DNA of 64,000 nucleotides from Salinivirgaceae bacterium (GTDB lineage Bacteria; Bacteroidota; Bacteroidia; Bacteroidales; SZUA-534): NCBI GenBank assembly GCA_017474765.1, contig JAFVGW010000032.1, positions 66,989 to 130,988 of the forward strand, read 5' to 3'. Shown piece by piece: positions 61,214 to 64,000 of this stretch (position 1 is its first letter; each line of letters starts with the position of its first letter). The notes under the pieces were generated by a model. It saw only the letters and a program-made list of their open reading frames with translations, ran no database searches and was not told where the DNA came from. The position numbers and the translations under genes were made by a program.

Positions 61214-64000
61214 ATACCCCGTTGGGTCAACATACTTCAACGGATTATTCAAGCAGTAAGAATATCTATTGAAATTTTGCGGGTTATCCGGCGCCTGCAC
61301 GTATGGATCAGGGCTTAAAAATCTTCCTATCAGTGGGTCATAGAACCTTCCATTCATATCTATTAACCCGAATTGGTTCCAATGCTCGTGACCACAATAT
61401 CCTCGGGTGAGGCCAATAGCGTTGGTGCTTATGGTTTGGTTGCCCCATGCGTCGTATGCGGCCGAGAATTTTGTGTTGCCAACATAGTCGTATGCGCGAA
61501 TGATGCTGCCGAGGTGGTCGGTCTCAATGTAATAAGCCGTGGCGGTACTACCGCTCTTCACATACACGGCGGCAAGGCCGTCGGGGCTGGCAACGTAATG
61601 GTAACTTGTTGTTGTGCCATTGGCGGTGCGCTGCTCGTAGTTGTCGGCGTAGAGCGTTGTGGTGGTGGCAGAGCCGTTCACAAGCACCGTTTTGGTGCGC
61701 TGGCGGTCGGGGCCGTAGGTGATGGTGAGCGTGTTAGTGCCCTGCACCACGGTTGCCACCTTGTTGAAGGCGGTGTAGGTGAGGCTGGCCGCACCCTGAA
61801 TAAGGTTATTGCTGTTCTGAACTTGTACAACAGCGTGCTTCTTGCTGGCGTCGTAGGTGTAGTTGCCAACGTTGTTTTTGCTGCTTATGTTGCCGTTGAC
61901 GGCATAACCGACACCTGTTGTGAGGCGGTCGAACGCATCGTAGGTAAAACTCTCAGTGCCGCTCTGCATTCCCGTACGGCTTTTGAGGTTACCGGTGGCG
62001 CCGTCGAATGTGTAGCCAAACGAGTGCAGAGTGGTGCTGCCTCTTTTCATTATTGAACTTTTGGGCAAACCATTGAAATCGTACGATGTGGTGAGCACAA
62101 GCGGAGTTGTACCCAAATGTACAGTGCGCTGCGTGCCGGTGTTGGATTTGAGCTCCCACACCTTCTGCCCGCCCATTGTTATGAGGGTAAGGTAGCCGTT
62201 GGCGTCGTATGTGTAGGTTTCAATCATTCCGTCGGGGAAAGTCTGCGTGGCCATCTGGCCGTTCGAGTTGTAAGTATACGAAAAAATCAGAACCGTTCCG
62301 TCGATGGAATATGATTTTTTTGTCAGACGGTTATATTTATCATAAGTGTAGCTAATGCTCTGGCTGCCAGTGGTTTCTTTTTTCAGACGCAGGTTGCTGT
62401 CATACTCGTAGGTAGTTGTCACTCCACCGCAAACTTGTTTGATCAGCAACCCTGAGGCGTTGTAGGTGTTGGTGGTGATGTTTCCGCGGGCGTCGGTCTG
62501 TTTTGTAACGCGGCCAAGAGCATCATACACGTATGAGGTTTTCCCGGCGTCGACATCGGTGAGCGATGATTGCAGTCCACGTTTGTCATAGGCCATAGTG
62601 GCTACAGTGTAGCTTTGTCCGCTGGCATCATTATAATTAATACTTGTGGGCTGCCCGTTTGAGGCAATTTTGTATGTGGCTGAGGAACATTGATTGTGGC
62701 TCACAGTTGTCAGATTACCCCAAGGGTCGTAGATTTTCGACAAGAATTTGCCATTCCCTTGTGAGGCGGCGACACTCCGTTTTGAATAGGAGAAGGTTGT
62801 GGTTTGCCCTGTCCCGGTAACTGATTTTGTCAGCTGGCCCATATTATCATAAGTGTAATAGTCGGTCAAGCTGATGCTTCCAATGCTTCTCGACTGTGTG
62901 CTTACATTGCCGTTTATAAAGTCGTAGCTTGTGCTGTTTGTAAAAGTGACGCCTTTGGCGCCCGTGGTTGAGGATAATACTTCGCGGCTGGCGTTGTCGT
63001 ACCATGTGGTTACAGGAGCTTGTCCTGTGGTTGTGGTTGTTACGCTGAAGGCCATGAAGACAGAGTTGCCCCAGCTGCGAGTGTAATTGGTGGTTGTGCC
63101 GTCGGGGTGGGTTACCCTAAGAAGGTTCCCAACCCTATCCTGTATATACGACGTTGTCAATAATGAGCCTCGAAGACCTTCCTGCATTTTTGTCATCCTT
63201 CCAAGTTTGTTATAAGTGTAGGCAGTAATCAGGTTGTTGGCCGACGAGCTGACCGTATCGGCAAAACGGTTTGTGACTTCGTAGGAGTAGGTTGTTGTGA
63301 CCGTTGATATGTCTGAGGCTGATACCGTGTGCGTTTTCAGATTGCCAAACTTGTTATATGAGTACTCGTGTGTAACAGGTCGTTCGGTCGAATCGTTTTC
63401 AACCATCTTGGCCACTTTTCCGTTCGATTCATATTTGTATGTGGTTTTCGTAGTGAAAGTTTGGGCGTCATCCTTATGTTTCTGTGTTGTCATCACTGTT
63501 TCCGGCATGTATACTCCTCCGGCTTTCACAAACGACGAGTATTTTACCTGTCGGTACATATTGGCAACATCGTAGTTGGCCAACTGCTCAGTCAGGCGGT
63601 AGGAATTGTCGTATTTGTTTGTTGTAGTCTCCACCTCGCCATAAAAACCTGTCTGCTTGATGGTTTGAGGATATGTAAAATGGCATTTCACATATTCATA
63701 ACAGTTTTTTACATCAAAAGTGGTTTCTGTTGTTGCCGTTTTGTTGCCCTTAGTAATGGTGGTTGTCACTTTCGATGGCTCATAATAAGTCTGGTTCAGC
63801 GAATTGATGGTGGTTGTCCGTTTTTCGTTGATGGTGGAGTTGTTAGCAACAATTGAGGTAAAACCAAGCATTCCGCGGCCTTGCAGGTGCGCGCGCAACC
63901 CTGAATATTTGTAGGTCGTGGTATAGCTGTCGGTCGATATGCTTTGAATGACTTTATTTACGACATTGAGCGGTACTTGCAGGTCTACTAACGGATATGT
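60437..64000 (-). CDS. Rhs/YD-repeat polymorphic toxin, 5' end outside the window
   Basis: Frame is open to position 64000. Many YD repeats (YTYDALGR, YEYDSNLRL, YTYDKYNRL, YTYDANGYL, FTYDAFDRL). Rhs core end motif DPLIGRFLSPDPY...NRYSYCLNNPLKYVDPTGY. Confidence 0.9.
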   Translation of the reverse strand, partial: TYPLVDLQVPLNVVNKVIQSISTDSYTTTYKYSGLRAHLQGRGMLGFTSIVANNSTINEKRTTTINSLNQTYYEPSKVTTTITKGNKTATTETTFDVKNCYEYVKCHFTYPQTIKQTGFYGEVETTTNKYDNSYRLTEQLANYDVANMYRQVKYSSFVKAGGVYMPETVMTTQKHKDDAQTFTTKTTYKYESNGKVAKMVENDSTERPVTHEYSYNKFGNLKTHTVSASDISTVTTTYSYEVTNRFADTVSSSANNLITAYTYNKLGRMTKMQEGLRGSLLTTSYIQDRVGNLLRVTHPDGTTTNYTRSWGNSVFMAFSVTTTTTGQAPVTTWYDNASREVLSSTTGAKGVTFTNSTSYDFINGNVSTQSRSIGSISLTDYYTYDNMGQLTKSVTGTGQTTTFSYSKRSVAASQGNGKFLSKIYDPWGNLTTVSHNQCSSATYKIASNGQPTSINYNDASGQSYTVATMAYDKRGLQSSLTDVDAGKTSYVYDALGRVTKQTDARGNITTNTYNASGLLIKQVCGGVTTTYEYDSNLRLKKETTGSQSISYTYDKYNRLTKKSYSIDGTVLIFSYTYNSNGQMATQTFPDGMIETYTYDANGYLTLITMGGQKVWELKSNTGTQRTVHLGTTPLVLTTSYDFNGLPKSSIMKRGSTTLHSFGYTFDGATGNLKSRTGMQSGTESFTYDAFDRLTTGVGYAVNGNISSKNNVGNYTYDASKKHAVVQVQNSNNLIQGAASLTYTAFNKVATVVQGTNTLTITYGPDRQRTKTVLVNGSATTTTLYADNYEQRTANGTTTSYHYVASPDGLAAVYVKSGSTATAYYIETDHLGSIIRAYDYVGNTKFSAAYDAWGNQTISTNAIGLTRGYCGHEHWNQFGLIDMNGRFYDPLIGRFLSPDPYVQAPDNPQNFNRYSYCLNNPLKYVDPTGYSITELDDEKRRLKRSCNYMQKYEKQGGGNSGYSWGDVINNSFSNITKQLISNMSESWGTLETSTVGHWVTYWYEIRGYNNREVYVIAGEVKVYEIIGNTTTINLPRDRGCSNGDYGSSGGSIASTATTTATNIANIASAGAQTSIFNARHLSDAQKLKYGVNALKGISNWAGYIGAGFTAATAFIEYKTGQANTHTIVDVGVCVAGLGIVLFCPPAALGTAIAVSIYGLSSAGGLGTKIDKATDNWGQKLLYNDEKDY

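Noticed and set aside
61373-62056. 227-aa plus-strand ORF
   Set aside because: It is antisense to the YD-repeat region of the Rhs gene.
63896-63898. TTG start of the Rhs ORF given in the ORF track
   Set aside because: No in-frame stop lies between it and the window edge, and the upstream translation still looks Rhs-like. The gene is 5'-truncated by the window.

Overview
Chromosomal segment from a Bacteroidota (Bacteroidales-like) genome. Supporting signs are a T9SS-type C-terminal sorting domain, lipoprotein and SpI signal peptides, a TTTG/TAnnTTTG promoter, an HECLGH-type DPP III and a GlsA/GlsB-like lipid gene pair. There are about 50 genes, nearly all on the minus strand. The left 15 kb is a single 4,986-aa T9SS cargo protein. 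The middle is housekeeping: a peptidase and cell-wall block (DPP III, C69, AnmK, M23, GH31, rplS, PepC), phosphate uptake split into two operons (porin-pstS and pstCAB), sulfate activation and reduction (cysD-cysN-cysH, APS-reductase type), lipid acyltransferases and nadA. Three patches look accessory and A/T-richer by eye. (i) A zinc-ribbon membrane protein next to a stand-alone RNA ligase (17.4-20.3 kb). (ii) A DUF234-type AAA+ ATPase bracketed by three copies of a hairpin repeat (41.4-43.0 kb). (iii) The right end (58.2-64 kb): an Rhs polymorphic toxin with its 5' end off-window and a non-enzymatic-looking, hydrophobic Gly/Ala-rich C-terminal tip, its overlapping 3-TM immunity gene, and three more orphan immunity cassettes, two carrying clear relics of a toxin 3' end and one a weaker trace. 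The most unusual non-coding signal is that the three anion-assimilation operons share a leader signature (palindrome plus ~21-nt box) and a family of A/T-rich word-repeat elements placed after their first cistron. No rRNA, tRNA, CRISPR, transposase or integrase was seen.
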